Source of the DNA: an uncultured delta proteobacterium
Lineage (GTDB): Bacteria; Desulfobacterota_D; UBA1144; Nemesobacterales; UBA2774
Direction of reading: 5' to 3'
Assembly: GCA_963752995.1 (NCBI GenBank)
Contig: CAVWAZ010000002.1
Span: 9,446-73,445 of the forward strand
Length of the DNA stretch: 64,000 nucleotides
This document shows, one piece after another, positions 17,573 through 27,718 of the stretch; the stretch's first letter is position 1, and the number at the start of each line of letters is the position of its first letter. A model generated the notes under the pieces. That model ran no database searches and was not told the DNA's origin. It saw only the letters and a program-made list of their open reading frames with translations. The position numbers and the translations under genes are program-made.

Positions 17573-19033
17573 TCAGACCGGAGGCCTTCTTTCTTTCCAT
17601 CCGGCGCGCTGCTCGTATGCGTGCGCGACATGGATAACCGAGCCTTCGTCGAAAGGTTTACCCAGCACCTGAATCCCTATCGGCAGTCCGTCCGTGGAAA
17701 ATCCGCAGGGGATGGATATCCCCGGGAGCCCCGCGATGTTGCACGGTATTGTCAGGACGTCCGATAGATACATCTTTATCGGGTCGCCGGTTTTTTCTCC
17801 GAACCTGAAAGCCACTTCGGGCGCCGTGGGGGCCATGATTACATCGACCTTTTTGAAGGCCTCGTCGAAGTCCCTTTTTATGAGGGTCCTCACCCTCTGG
17901 GCCTTCAGGTAATAGGCGTCGTAGTAGCCTGCTGACAGGGCATAGGTCCCGAGCATTATCCTTCTTTTGACCTCGTTCCCGAACCCCTCCGCCCTCGTCC
18001 TGAAGTACATGTCCCTTAGTGTTCCGGCGCCCTCCGCGCGGAAGCCGTACTTCACGCCGTCGTATCGTGCGAGGTTCGAGCTCGCCTCGGAGGGGGCGAT
18101 AATGTAGTAAGTCAGGACGGCGTATTCCGTATGCGGCAGGGATATATCGATTATCTCCCCGCCGAGGTCCTCTACGAGAGCGATCGCCTTTTTCGCGGCC
18201 TCTTCCACCTCTCTGTCCATGCCCGGAATGAAATACTCCCCGGGCACCCCCACCTTCACGCCCTTCAAGCTCTCTTTAAGGCTCAGCGTGAAGTCGGGCG
18301 CGGGGGTATTAACGCACGTCGAGTCCCTCGGGTCGTGCCCCGATATAGCATTCAGTATTAAAGCTGCGTCCTCGACTGTCTTCGTTATGGGGCCCGCCTG
18401 GTCGAGCGACGACGCGAACGCTATCATGCCGAACCTGCTCACGCGCCCGTAGGTAGGCTTCATTCCAACGACGCCGCAGTACGATGCGGGCTGCCGTATC
18501 GAGCCGCCCGTGTCGGTGCCCACAGACCCCAGGCATAGTGAGGCGGCCGTAGCCGCCGCCGACCCGCCGCTCGAGCCGCCGGGGACCCTCTCGATGTCCC
18601 ACGGGTTCTTCGTCGGACCGAAATAGGAGGTTTCGGTCGATGAGCCCATTGCGAACTCGTCCATGTTATTCTTGCCGATTATTACCGCGCCTGCGTCGAG
18701 AATCTTTTTCGTGACGGTCGCGTCGTATGGGGGGAAAAAGTTCTCTAGCATCTTCGAGCCGCATGTCGCGGGGACGCCTTTCATGACGAATATGTCTTTC
18801 AATCCGAGGGGTATGCCGTGAAGCGGGCCGCGGTATGCGCCCGATGAAATTTCCTCTTCCGCTCTCTTCGCCGCGTCACGCGCCTTTTCCGCCATCACCG
18901 TGATATAGGAATTGAGCTTCCCGTCGAGCTTCTCGATCCTGTCGAGGACCGATTCGGTAAGCTCCTTCGGGGAAATCTCCTTTTTCTTTATAAGCCTGGA
19001 TGCTTCCCCTATCGATAAAAACGGGAGTTCCAT
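17573..19033 (-). CDS. gatA: Asp/Glu-tRNA amidotransferase subunit A
   Basis: Amidase signature 'PGGSSGGSAAA', 'GTDTGGSIRQPA', 'SSNLARYDG', 'SAGYYDAYY'. Confidence 0.97.
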   Translation of the reverse strand: MELPFLSIGEASRLIKKKEISPKELTESVLDRIEKLDGKLNSYITVMAEKARDAAKRAEEEISSGAYRGPLHGIPLGLKDIFVMKGVPATCGSKMLENFFPPYDATVTKKILDAGAVIIGKNNMDEFAMGSSTETSYFGPTKNPWDIERVPGGSSGGSAAATAASLCLGSVGTDTGGSIRQPASYCGVVGMKPTYGRVSRFGMIAFASSLDQAGPITKTVEDAALILNAISGHDPRDSTCVNTPAPDFTLSLKESLKGVKVGVPGEYFIPGMDREVEEAAKKAIALVEDLGGEIIDISLPHTEYAVLTYYIIAPSEASSNLARYDGVKYGFRAEGAGTLRDMYFRTRAEGFGNEVKRRIMLGTYALSAGYYDAYYLKAQRVRTLIKRDFDEAFKKVDVIMAPTAPEVAFRFGEKTGDPIKMYLSDVLTIPCNIAGLPGISIPCGFSTDGLPIGIQVLGKPFDEGSVIHVAHAYEQRAGWKERRPPV

Positions 19034-19045
19034 TCAAATCTCTCC

Positions 19046-19336
19046 TTAGTCTTCGATTACCTGAGGGACGACGAAGAACCCGTCTTCCTCCTCCGGGGCG
19101 TTTTCGAGGGCTTCTCCGGCGGTGAGCCAATCCTCTACCGCGTCTTCCCTGAGAGGGGTTGCGAGGTCGAGCACGTGGGATGTGGGCGCGACGTCTTTCG
19201 TGTCGAGCTCGTTCAGCTTTCCTATGTATTTAAGAATATTCCCGAGCTGCTCCGTGAATTTACCGAGCTCTTCCTCTTTGAATTCGAGCCTTGCGAGCTC
19301 CGCGACCTTTATGACGTCGTCTCTCGTGATTTTCAT
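19046..19336 (-). CDS. gatC: Asp/Glu-tRNA amidotransferase subunit C
   Basis: 'VAELARLE', 'LNELDT..V.PTSH', 'LRED', 'NAP....FF.VP.VI'; start MKITRDD. Confidence 0.95.
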   Translation of the reverse strand: MKITRDDVIKVAELARLEFKEEELGKFTEQLGNILKYIGKLNELDTKDVAPTSHVLDLATPLREDAVEDWLTAGEALENAPEEEDGFFVVPQVIED

Positions 19337-19391
19337 TCGATTCTCCCGATAATTCTGTCCCGGCATCTGTATGCGGGAAATAATCAATGCC

Positions 19392-20342
19392 TCAACGCGA
19401 GCATAGCTCTTCCGCGAAATCGATTACGTCCGCTTCGAGCTTCACCCCGTTGAGCCTGTTTATCTCCTGTACGCCCGTGGGGCTCGTCGTATTTATCTCG
19501 GTAATATAACCCCCGATGACGTCTAAGCCGACGAAGTAGAGGCCGTCATTCCTGAGCCTGGGGCCGAGGGCTTTGCAAATTTGCAGATCCCTCTCGGTAA
19601 GCTCCGACTTGGCCGGGCTCCCCCCCGAATGGAAGTTGCACCTGAATTCCCCCCCGGGCTTAGGTACCCTCAGCACCGCGCCGAGCGGCTCTCCGTTAAG
19701 GAGCATTATCCTCTTGTCTCCCTCGCTCACTTCCTTGATGAACTTCTGCGCGAGCACGTACTGTTTTCCGAAGCTGGTTATGGTCTCCAGTATCACGTTC
19801 GAGTTCCTGTCGCCCTCGCGGACATAGAAAACCCCTTCGCCCCCGTGGCCGTCAAGCGGCTTCACGACTATCTCCCCCCCTGCCTCTGTCAGGAACTTGT
19901 TGAGCTGCGATATGTCCTTCGTTACGACCGAGCCCGGTATCCATTCGGGGAAGTAGAGCGTGTAAAGCTTCTCGTTCGACTCCCTTATGCCCCTCGGGTC
20001 GTTGATCACTTTCGTTTTACCCGGGTCTATGAGGCTTAGTATATAAGTCGCGTATATGTAGTCCTGATTGAAAGGCGGGTCTTTCCGCATCCATACCGCA
20101 TCGAATGTCTCCATCTCGACCGTTTCGCTCCCGCCGAGCTTATAGTAGTCGGCGCCTCTTTTAAGGGTTATCCGGGCGGCGCTGCCGAAGGCCTTCGCGT
20201 TTTTTACGAAGAGGTCTTTAAGCTCGAGGTAAAAGACTTCGTGACCCCTCGCCTGGGCTTCTAGCATGAGGACATAGGTCGTATCCTTCTCCGTGTTTAT
20301 AGTCCCCACCGGGTCCATGACGAAAGCCATTCTGAGCTTCAT
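19392..20342 (-). CDS. gshB: Glutathione synthetase
   Basis: 'FVMDP', 'KDTT', 'MRKDPPF', 'NEKL', 'KPLDGHGG', 'GDKR', 'EINTTSPTG'. Confidence 0.95.
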   Translation of the reverse strand: MKLRMAFVMDPVGTINTEKDTTYVLMLEAQARGHEVFYLELKDLFVKNAKAFGSAARITLKRGADYYKLGGSETVEMETFDAVWMRKDPPFNQDYIYATYILSLIDPGKTKVINDPRGIRESNEKLYTLYFPEWIPGSVVTKDISQLNKFLTEAGGEIVVKPLDGHGGEGVFYVREGDRNSNVILETITSFGKQYVLAQKFIKEVSEGDKRIMLLNGEPLGAVLRVPKPGGEFRCNFHSGGSPAKSELTERDLQICKALGPRLRNDGLYFVGLDVIGGYITEINTTSPTGVQEINRLNGVKLEADVIDFAEELCSR

Positions 20343-20512
20343 TTCATATATCCTTAAGGTCTTGGATGATGCCGTTTGATTCTACCGAATTTTATTGTTG
20401 CGGACAAATACAGACGAGGCCGCAGGCCTAAATATAAATAGTCCCTTACGGCTCTTCATGTATACTTTGAGGGTCTATATTTGCAGCTTAAACGGTCCCG
20501 GGCGGCGGAAAA

Positions 20513-20764
20513 ATGGAAAAGCAAATTCCAACACCTGAAGAGATAGCCGAAGAAAACAGGAAGCTCAGGCTCCTCCGCCTTATGGTCGATTTGACTATAT
20601 CCCTCATGTATCAGACAAACCTGACGAGGGAGGAAGCGCTCGAGCATTTTGAAAAAGTCAGGAGTTTTGCGCTCAGGCTCTTTCCGGGGAAAGAGCTCGC
20701 CTTCGAGCTTATTTACGCCCCCAGGTTCAAGAGGGTGATAGGGGAAATCTATGGGTATCATTGA
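20513..20764 (+). CDS. Small helical hypothetical protein
   Basis: 83-aa ORF overlapping the nfi start; natural-looking composition ('LFPGKELAFELIYAPRF'). Confidence 0.7.
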   Translation: MEKQIPTPEEIAEENRKLRLLRLMVDLTISLMYQTNLTREEALEHFEKVRSFALRLFPGKELAFELIYAPRFKRVIGEIYGYH

Positions 20765-21452
20765 TACCGGCCTGCTCGAAGACCTCTACCGGGGTGGCCC
20801 GCGCTCGGCCGCCCGCGCGCTCGAATTCCAGAGAGAGCTAAGCAGAAAAGTTATACAAGAGAGGCGGTTCGGTGAGCTGAAGACGGTTGCGGGGGCCGAT
20901 CTTTCCATTCTCAAGAGCGAGAAAAAGCTCATTTGCGGGATAATCATGTTTTCATACCCCGACCTCAACGAGATCGAGCGGGTTTATACCGTGAGCGACG
21001 AAAAATTCCCCTATATACCGGGCTTGCTCGCTTTCAGGGAGGGTCCCGCTATTATCGAGACGTTCAAAAGACTGAGACAGAGGCCGGACCTGCTGATTAT
21101 TGACGGCCAGGGCATAGCCCACCCCAGGGGTTTTGGCATCGCCTGCCACGTAGGGGTATTACTGGACATTCCCGCCATGGGTATCGCAAAAAAAAGGCTT
21201 TACGGCAATTATGACGAGCCGGGAGAGAAAAGGGGTTCCCGGAGCCCTTTGCTGTCGAAGGAGGGGGATGTGATAGGCTCGGTCCTGAGGACGCGGGATA
21301 ATACGAAGCCCGTTTTCGTGTCTCCGGGCCATAAGATTGACACGGAGTCGGCGAGGGAGATTGCGCTTGAGTGCGCGAGGGGGTACAGGATACCCGAACC
21401 GACCAGAAGGGCCGATATATACGTTGCCGAGCTCAAGAAAAGGAGGTCGTGA
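20751..21452 (+). CDS. nfi: Endonuclease V (deoxyinosine 3' endonuclease)
   Basis: 'AGAD', 'FPYIPGLLAFRE', 'DGQGIAHPRGFGIACHVG', 'VSPGHK', 'RIPEPTR.AD'. Confidence 0.96.
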   Translation: MGIIDTGLLEDLYRGGPRSAARALEFQRELSRKVIQERRFGELKTVAGADLSILKSEKKLICGIIMFSYPDLNEIERVYTVSDEKFPYIPGLLAFREGPAIIETFKRLRQRPDLLIIDGQGIAHPRGFGIACHVGVLLDIPAMGIAKKRLYGNYDEPGEKRGSRSPLLSKEGDVIGSVLRTRDNTKPVFVSPGHKIDTESAREIALECARGYRIPEPTRRADIYVAELKKRRS

Positions 21453-21934
21453 CAGTGCCTGAAAGGTTCTCATGGGTAGTCGAGGGTGTGATTGCGGGTA
21501 TGGAAAGGCCGGGGCAGTTCAGCAGCTTCGAGGACGACCTCGAATTTCTGAGAGGGGAGGGGATCAGCGTAATAGTTAACCTCGAGGAACAAGAGTATGC
21601 GAGGGAATATGAAGGCTTTATTGTGAAGCACATACCCGTCGACGACTTCCAGGCCCCCGGGCTCGGGGATTTCAGGGAATTCGTGGATTTTGTCAATGAC
21701 CGGCTCGCCGAGAACAGGCGTATAGCCGTTCATTGCTATGCCGGGATGGGAAGGACTAATTTAATGCTCGCCTGCTTTCTTATGCATCATATGAGGATCG
21801 ACCCCGGCACGGCCCTCGACGTCGTAAAGATGAAAAGGCCCTTTCATGTCGTCACTTGGGAGCAGGAAGAGGCGCTAAGGGATTATTTCTTCATGATAAG
21901 GGATAGTTTGGAGATGCCCGGGTTAAGGAAGTAA
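21449..21934 (+). CDS. Dual-specificity/PTP-like phosphatase
   Basis: CX5R active site 'VHCYAGMGRT', 'PVDDFQAP'. GTG start with SD AGGAGG, overlapping the nfi stop. Confidence 0.88.
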   Translation: MTVPERFSWVVEGVIAGMERPGQFSSFEDDLEFLRGEGISVIVNLEEQEYAREYEGFIVKHIPVDDFQAPGLGDFREFVDFVNDRLAENRRIAVHCYAGMGRTNLMLACFLMHHMRIDPGTALDVVKMKRPFHVVTWEQEEALRDYFFMIRDSLEMPGLRK

Positions 21935-22031
21935 GCGCTCCCGCCGGGTGTGGTTTTTCTGGTATATCCGCCCCTTATCTGGTAGATTATAGACGCCGGG
22001 GTGCTGAAACGGCTTCGGAGCGGGAGTTGTC

Positions 22032-24161
22032 ATGGGTTACTCGAAAGATCTGCTCGAACAGTTGAATTACGGCGAAGGGGAGACCCTTTACGGGGATACG
22101 CCGCTTGCGATACTGAAGGCTTTCCTCCAGTCGGGGGTGAGCTACCTCGGGGGTTATCCGGGCTCTCCGACGGCCGGGCTCATCGATGTCATCTCCGACG
22201 CATACGAACCGGTGCTCAAAAAAAAGGGGATATATTTCGACTGCTCCGGCAACGAGGCGTCTGCCGCGTCGCTGCTGTCAGCGTCGATCAGCTATCCGAT
22301 ACGGGGCTGTGTGAACTGGAAGATAGTGGGCACGAACGTCGCTTCGGACGCCCTTTCACACATATCGTCCTCGGGCGTTACGGGCGGGGCGATGATAATA
22401 GTCGGGGAGGATTACGGCTGCGACAGCACGTGCGTGGCCGAAAGGGCGCTGCCGTTCGCGCTTAAGTCAACGATGGCAGTGATCGATCCGAGGGGAGACC
22501 TCGAGCACGTGGCCAAGATGGTCGAGGCCGGTTTCGAGCTTTCGGAATACTCGAACATGCCGGTCATGTATCTGTTGTCTACCAGGGTAGCCCACATAAT
22601 GAACAAGATGACCTGCCGGGACAACAAGGACCCCAAAATCAGCATGATCAACCGGTTGGACGACCTCATAACCGATCTCGAAAAAATCCCTCTCCCTCCT
22701 TTCACGTTCGACCATGAAAAAAAGAAATACCACGAGAGGCTGCCGGCCGCGAAAAGGTTCATACTCGAGAGGAAGCTGAACGAGTTCTTCGACGGCGCCG
22801 AAAGCAGCATGGGGATTATCACTCACGGAATGATATACAACTCCCTGATGAGGTGCCTCTATAATCTGGGGGAGGCGAGCCTTTACGGCGAGTGCAGGGT
22901 GCCGATACTCAACCTGAACGTCACTAACCCGCTCGTGCCCGAGGAAATAATACTCTTCCTCCGGGACAAGAAAGCCGTGCTCATCGTCGAAGAAGGCATG
23001 CCCAATCTCATGGAAGAACAGATAAGGGCTATCGCACAGAGGGCGAGGCTCGGCCTCGATATATTCGGAAAGGATATTCTCCCTCAGGCCGGGGAATATA
23101 CGCCCGACCATATCGCAAAGGGTGTCGGGCAGTTCCTGCTCAAGAATACCCTGTCCGATTACGAGAAGGAGAGGATAAAAGAGAGAAGCGAATTCACGGA
23201 GAAACACAAGGACAGGGCCGCAAACTTTTTAAAGCAGCCCGTCACGAAAAGGAACCCTGTTTTCTGTACGGGTTGTCCTGAAAGGCCGATTTTCACCGCG
23301 ATCAAAATACTCGAAGAGGACTACGGCAGGTCGTATTACGCGTCCGACATAGGGTGTTATTCGATGAGCGGTCTCCCGCCGTTCGACCTCAGCAACTCGA
23401 TCACGGGCATGGGCATAGGTCTCGCGTCCGCGGGCGCGCTGTCGAGAATGGCGAACAAGAGGGTCATATCGTTCATGGGAGACGGCACTTTCTGGCACAG
23501 CGGCCTCACTTCGAGCGTCGCAAACGCCGTGTATAACAACCAGAACGCCATATTGATCATTCTCGAGAATTTCTGGACGTCCATGACCGGGCATCACGAG
23601 AACCCCGCATCGGGCAAGAACATGAGGCAGGAAGGGGTCGGTATGGATATTGAGAAAGCGCTGAGAGGGGCAGGAGTCAGGTGGATCAAGACGGTCGATC
23701 CTTATGACCTCAGGGAGTCCATGGAAGTGCTGGGTGAAGCGTATGAAGAGGACGAGGGACTCAGGGTTATTATTTCCAGGGGCGAGTGCCAGCTGGAGAA
23801 GACCAGAAGGGAAAAGATAGTTGTGAAAACGAATATAAAAGCGGGCAGGCGCATTGTGCAGAAGAAATTAGGCGTCGACCCCGATGTCTGCACCGGCGAC
23901 CACTCGTGCATGAGGTTCAACGGATGCCCGTCGCTCACGCTCAAGCCGAGCCCCACGATACTCAGGGACGACCCGGTAGCGCATATAGAGCACTCGTGCG
24001 TAGGCTGCGGACTCTGCGGAGAGATAGCGCACGCGGCCGTTCTCTGCCCCTCCTTCTACAGAGTGGAGATAATAGACAACCCGTCGCTCTTCGACCGGCT
24101 CGGGGCTAAAATAAACCGCTCGCTGCTTCACCTGGTTTCACGGAACGGCTGGTCGGGTTAG
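22032..24161 (+). CDS. iorA: Indolepyruvate:ferredoxin oxidoreductase alpha subunit
   Basis: 'GYPGSP', 'FCTGCPER', 'DIGC', TPP motif 'GDG...N', C-terminal ferredoxin 'CVGCGLC...CP'. Confidence 0.9.
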   Translation: MGYSKDLLEQLNYGEGETLYGDTPLAILKAFLQSGVSYLGGYPGSPTAGLIDVISDAYEPVLKKKGIYFDCSGNEASAASLLSASISYPIRGCVNWKIVGTNVASDALSHISSSGVTGGAMIIVGEDYGCDSTCVAERALPFALKSTMAVIDPRGDLEHVAKMVEAGFELSEYSNMPVMYLLSTRVAHIMNKMTCRDNKDPKISMINRLDDLITDLEKIPLPPFTFDHEKKKYHERLPAAKRFILERKLNEFFDGAESSMGIITHGMIYNSLMRCLYNLGEASLYGECRVPILNLNVTNPLVPEEIILFLRDKKAVLIVEEGMPNLMEEQIRAIAQRARLGLDIFGKDILPQAGEYTPDHIAKGVGQFLLKNTLSDYEKERIKERSEFTEKHKDRAANFLKQPVTKRNPVFCTGCPERPIFTAIKILEEDYGRSYYASDIGCYSMSGLPPFDLSNSITGMGIGLASAGALSRMANKRVISFMGDGTFWHSGLTSSVANAVYNNQNAILIILENFWTSMTGHHENPASGKNMRQEGVGMDIEKALRGAGVRWIKTVDPYDLRESMEVLGEAYEEDEGLRVIISRGECQLEKTRREKIVVKTNIKAGRRIVQKKLGVDPDVCTGDHSCMRFNGCPSLTLKPSPTILRDDPVAHIEHSCVGCGLCGEIAHAAVLCPSFYRVEIIDNPSLFDRLGAKINRSLLHLVSRNGWSG

Positions 24162-24368
24162 ATAGACATCTCCCGTCACGACGTCTGGTACCGGAGTCCC
24201 AAAGGGAGGCTCAGTATGGCTATAGTCCGTTCGTTTCTCTCACCGCGCATTAATAATCGTTCCTCCGTTCCTTTTTTAAGGTATAGAAATTGTAGCATCG
24301 GATATAAATATTGTAGAAGGGATAAAAATTATTGTAGTATTTCTCGGAAACAGCTTTACTGATTTACA

Positions 24369-25970
24369 ATGCAGAATAAGAGCGATTTAATAAAAATATT
24401 CATCCCTGCTGTCGGCGGACAGGGCGGCGGTGTGCTCACGGAATGGCTGGTTCAGGCGTTCTTCCTCGAGGACTATGACGTGCAGGGTATAAGCCTCCCC
24501 GGCCTCTCGCAGAGGGGAGGGTCCACCGTTTACTACCTGGAGGCGCACCCCAGGCCGGCCTCCGGGAACAGGCAGGTTATCTTCGCGCAATTCCCGGTCC
24601 CCGGCGAAGTGGACGTTATTATCGCGCAGGAATTCCTCGAGCTGGGGAGGGCGCTTCAACTGGGCTACGGGTCGGATAAAACGACCATAGTTACGAGCAC
24701 GCACAGGGTATTCTCGACCCTCGAGAAAATGCCCGTCGGAAGCGGTATATATGCGGACGAAAACCTGAGAAAGATAGCCTCCTCGTTTTCATCGAGGTTC
24801 ATAGAGCTCGACGCCCTCAAACTATCCAGGGAGAACGGCATGGATGAGCTCGCGGTGAACGCGATCCTCCTGGGCGCGGTTTCCGCCTCAGGCGTGCTGC
24901 CGCTCAGGAGGGAATCGTTCGTTGAATCTGTCGAGAAGGTGGGGGTTTCGGTAAAGGCGAGTATAAAGGCGTTCGACGTCGGATACGAGCATGTGTCCTC
25001 CCGGAAAAGCCCGGATCAGAAGAAACCTGCCTTAGTTTGGGACAGCTTCATTCGGGAGAGGGCCGACAAGCTCGAGGATTACGCCAGGGAGGAATACCTC
25101 GGAAGGGTCTCGAGGATCGAGGCCGAGTTCCCCCCCAATCTGAGAGAGATACTGGCGGAGTCGGTATTCAGGCTGCTCGAGTACCAGGACACCGGATACG
25201 CGGACGAATACATGGAAGAGGTCAGGGCTGTCTATGAAATAGACGAGAGGTCGAAAAGCGGAGGGTCCAGGCTTACGGAACACTACGCGAAGAACCTGGC
25301 TTTACTCATGAGCTATGAAGACGGTATACGCGTGGCCGAGCTCAAGATAAAATCGGACAGGTTCAAGAGGATTAAGGAAGAGATGAGACTCCGGGACGAC
25401 CAGGTCTTCAAGGTCATCGATTACCTTAAGCCCGACGCCGAAGAGTTATACGGACTCCTGCCCTATTTCCTCGTCGCCCCGATAGTGCGGTTCACTGAAA
25501 CGGGCTTATTCAAAAAAATATGGCCCAGGAAAAAACCGCTCACGTTCGGTCAGACCCCCACCACCACGTCGTTCTCGGGATACACGATGTTCTGGCTCCT
25601 TACCAGGATGAAATTCATGAGGAGACACTCGTTCCGGTACAGAAAAGAGCATGCATTAATAAAGAAGTACAGGGAATCCGTGAAATACTATGTGTCCCTC
25701 GATTACGGGCTCGGATGTCTCATAGCGAAGAGCGCTTCCATGGTCAAGGGCTACGGCAAGGTCAGAAGGAGGACGATGAACGCGTTCGCGAGGTTTATCG
25801 ACAACGTAATATTTCCGCTCGCCGAATTCGAGAAAAGTAAGAGGAAGAATTACGATATAACACTCGAGATCGGGGAGGAGGCCCTTAAGCTCATATCCGG
25901 AGAGACCGTGGACGGAATAGACAAGGCGGAGAAGATGGCCCGGGAGGTACTCGAGCGTTGGGCGGCCTGA
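24369..25970 (+). CDS. iorB: Indolepyruvate oxidoreductase beta-subunit family protein with long C-terminal (DUF6537-like) extension
   Basis: 'AVGGQGGGVL', 'PGLSQRGGST', 'MSYED.IRVA', 'VKGYG.VR.R'. Confidence 0.85.
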   Translation: MQNKSDLIKIFIPAVGGQGGGVLTEWLVQAFFLEDYDVQGISLPGLSQRGGSTVYYLEAHPRPASGNRQVIFAQFPVPGEVDVIIAQEFLELGRALQLGYGSDKTTIVTSTHRVFSTLEKMPVGSGIYADENLRKIASSFSSRFIELDALKLSRENGMDELAVNAILLGAVSASGVLPLRRESFVESVEKVGVSVKASIKAFDVGYEHVSSRKSPDQKKPALVWDSFIRERADKLEDYAREEYLGRVSRIEAEFPPNLREILAESVFRLLEYQDTGYADEYMEEVRAVYEIDERSKSGGSRLTEHYAKNLALLMSYEDGIRVAELKIKSDRFKRIKEEMRLRDDQVFKVIDYLKPDAEELYGLLPYFLVAPIVRFTETGLFKKIWPRKKPLTFGQTPTTTSFSGYTMFWLLTRMKFMRRHSFRYRKEHALIKKYRESVKYYVSLDYGLGCLIAKSASMVKGYGKVRRRTMNAFARFIDNVIFPLAEFEKSKRKNYDITLEIGEEALKLISGETVDGIDKAEKMAREVLERWAA

Positions 25971-26073
25971 ATAAAAGGCGCGGCACACAATGTGTGCTCA
26001 TATACGATCTCCGACCTCGTCACCTAACCGGCAAGAGCAATCCGTTCATCCTGTCATTTCGAAGGGGACTATT

Positions 26074-26189
26074 TCCGACATTACAGAATTTGCGTTAAGA
26101 AAATCGCGTGTTTAAGCGTAAAATCTTTCAGCGTTCCATTTGAAAGATTTTAGCTTAAACAAAGATTTTTAGCAAATTATGTAGTCGGA
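26074..26189. repeat. Long imperfect inverted repeat (~116 nt) between convergent genes
   Basis: Arms TCCGAC..AATTTGC..AAAATC..TGTTTAAGC.TAAAATCTTTCA / TGAAAGATTTTA GCTTAAACA..GATTTT..GCAAATT..GTCGGA around a 10-nt loop. Confidence 0.8.
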
Positions 26190-26395
26190 TGATTTTTGCT
26201 TCTTTGTATCCAGGAAAAGAAGAACACACACTGTGTGTTTTATGATCTTCCATCCCTCTCCTACTCAAACCAGCAATGAAGCCAAACCCGCCTGTCTGAG
26301 CACGAAGCGTCGAAAGATGTCATCATGAAGCAATAAGACTCAATTCACAAGCGGGGATGAAATAATAACCGGAGACCGACGGAGCAAACGCTCTG

Positions 26396-27520
26396 TCAGC
26401 TGTTCTCTTCCATAAGGTCGATGAATTCCCTGAACAGGTAAGATGAATCGTGGGGGCCGGGCGAGGCCTCCGGATGGTACTGAACCGAAAACACGGGGTG
26501 CTCCCTGTGCCTGAGCCCTTCCACCGTATTATCGTTCAAATTTATGTGCGTTATCTCCACGTCCCCGCCGAGGCTCTCGGCGTCCACCGCGAATCCGTGG
26601 TTCTGTGAGGTGATTTCGACCTTGCCGGTTCTCAGGTCCTTGACCGGCTGGTTCGCCCCGCGGTGTCCGAACTTAAGCTTGTATGTCGACCCCCCGAGGG
26701 CGAGACCCAATATCTGGTGTCCCAGGCAGATGCCGAATATCGGTTTCTTCCCAATGAGCGTCCTCACGCTCTCGACCGCGTAAGCCACAGCCGCCGGGTC
26801 GCCGGGGCCGTTCGAGAGGAAAATTCCGTCGGGCTTCATCGAGAGTATTTCGTGAGGCGGGGTTCTCGAAGGGGCTATCGATACCTCGCAGCCGTGATCG
26901 ACGAGCTTCCTCAGTATGTTTTGTTTAAGGCCGTAGTCGTAAGCGACTACCCTGAAGCGTTTTTTCTCTCCGGTCGATTTCTCGGAGCCGGGCCTCCAGG
27001 CCCCGGTCCCTTCACTCCATTTATACGGGTTATCGCAGCTCACTTCGGTTACGAGGTCTATGCCCACTATCCCCAGTGAAGCGCGCACCTTCTTGAGAAG
27101 CTTTTGAGGGTCGGATTCCGTCGTCGATATTACGGCCTTCTGGGCCCCCTTCGAGCGTATGAGCCTGGTCAGGGACCTCGTGTCGACCCCTTCTATACCC
27201 ACGACCCCGTTATCCGAGAGGTACTTCCCAAGGCTGCCGCGGGAGCGCCAGTTCGAGGGCTCTTTCCAATATTCTTTAACGACGAAGCCCCTTAAGAAAG
27301 GTTTTCTCGATTCCACGTCCTCGGGGTTGACCCCGTAATTACCTATTTCGGGATAGGTCATGGCCACGATCTGACCGTTGTAGGAGGGGTCGGTGAGTAT
27401 TTCCTGGTATCCGGTTATTGAGGTGTTGAATACCACCTCCCCGTAAGCTTCACCCTCGGAGCCGAAGCTTAAACCCTCGAAAACAGTACCGTCTTCGATT
27501 ACCAGAGTCGCTTTTTTCAT
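26396..27520 (-). CDS. carA: Carbamoyl-phosphate synthase small subunit
   Basis: 'GEVVFNT..TGYQE.LTDPSY.GQ', 'LSNGPGDP', 'GICLGHQ', '[12 protein letters not shown]'. Confidence 0.97.
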   Translation of the reverse strand: MKKATLVIEDGTVFEGLSFGSEGEAYGEVVFNTSITGYQEILTDPSYNGQIVAMTYPEIGNYGVNPEDVESRKPFLRGFVVKEYWKEPSNWRSRGSLGKYLSDNGVVGIEGVDTRSLTRLIRSKGAQKAVISTTESDPQKLLKKVRASLGIVGIDLVTEVSCDNPYKWSEGTGAWRPGSEKSTGEKKRFRVVAYDYGLKQNILRKLVDHGCEVSIAPSRTPPHEILSMKPDGIFLSNGPGDPAAVAYAVESVRTLIGKKPIFGICLGHQILGLALGGSTYKLKFGHRGANQPVKDLRTGKVEITSQNHGFAVDAESLGGDVEITHINLNDNTVEGLRHREHPVFSVQYHPEASPGPHDSSYLFREFIDLMEENS

Positions 27521-27555
27521 GAATTCGGTTGGAAAATACATACTAAAAATGCCTG

Positions 27556-27571
27556 TGTCAAACTTTTGACA
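27556..27571. promoter_or_regulatory. Palindrome TGTCAA-N4-TTGACA in the carA divergent promoter region
   Basis: Minus strand reads TTGACA-17-TATTTT before carA; the same palindrome occurs at 32723-32738. Confidence 0.5.
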
Positions 27572-27718
27572 GTATATTTATACGTAATGGGGGTTATATG
27601 CGTCGCTCATCGGGGTGATGGGTAGTGGATACCCTTCCGTTTAATCTAAATAAGAACGTATGAGATTCGGCAAAAACCCTGCTTGGAAGAGTCGGCAGCT
27701 TCATGGATAATAGATATT

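Noticed and set aside
24165-24240. TPP riboswitch near iorAB
   Set aside because: Only a CTGAG fragment on the antisense strand; the conserved CTGAT..TAAT..GCGNAGG core is absent.
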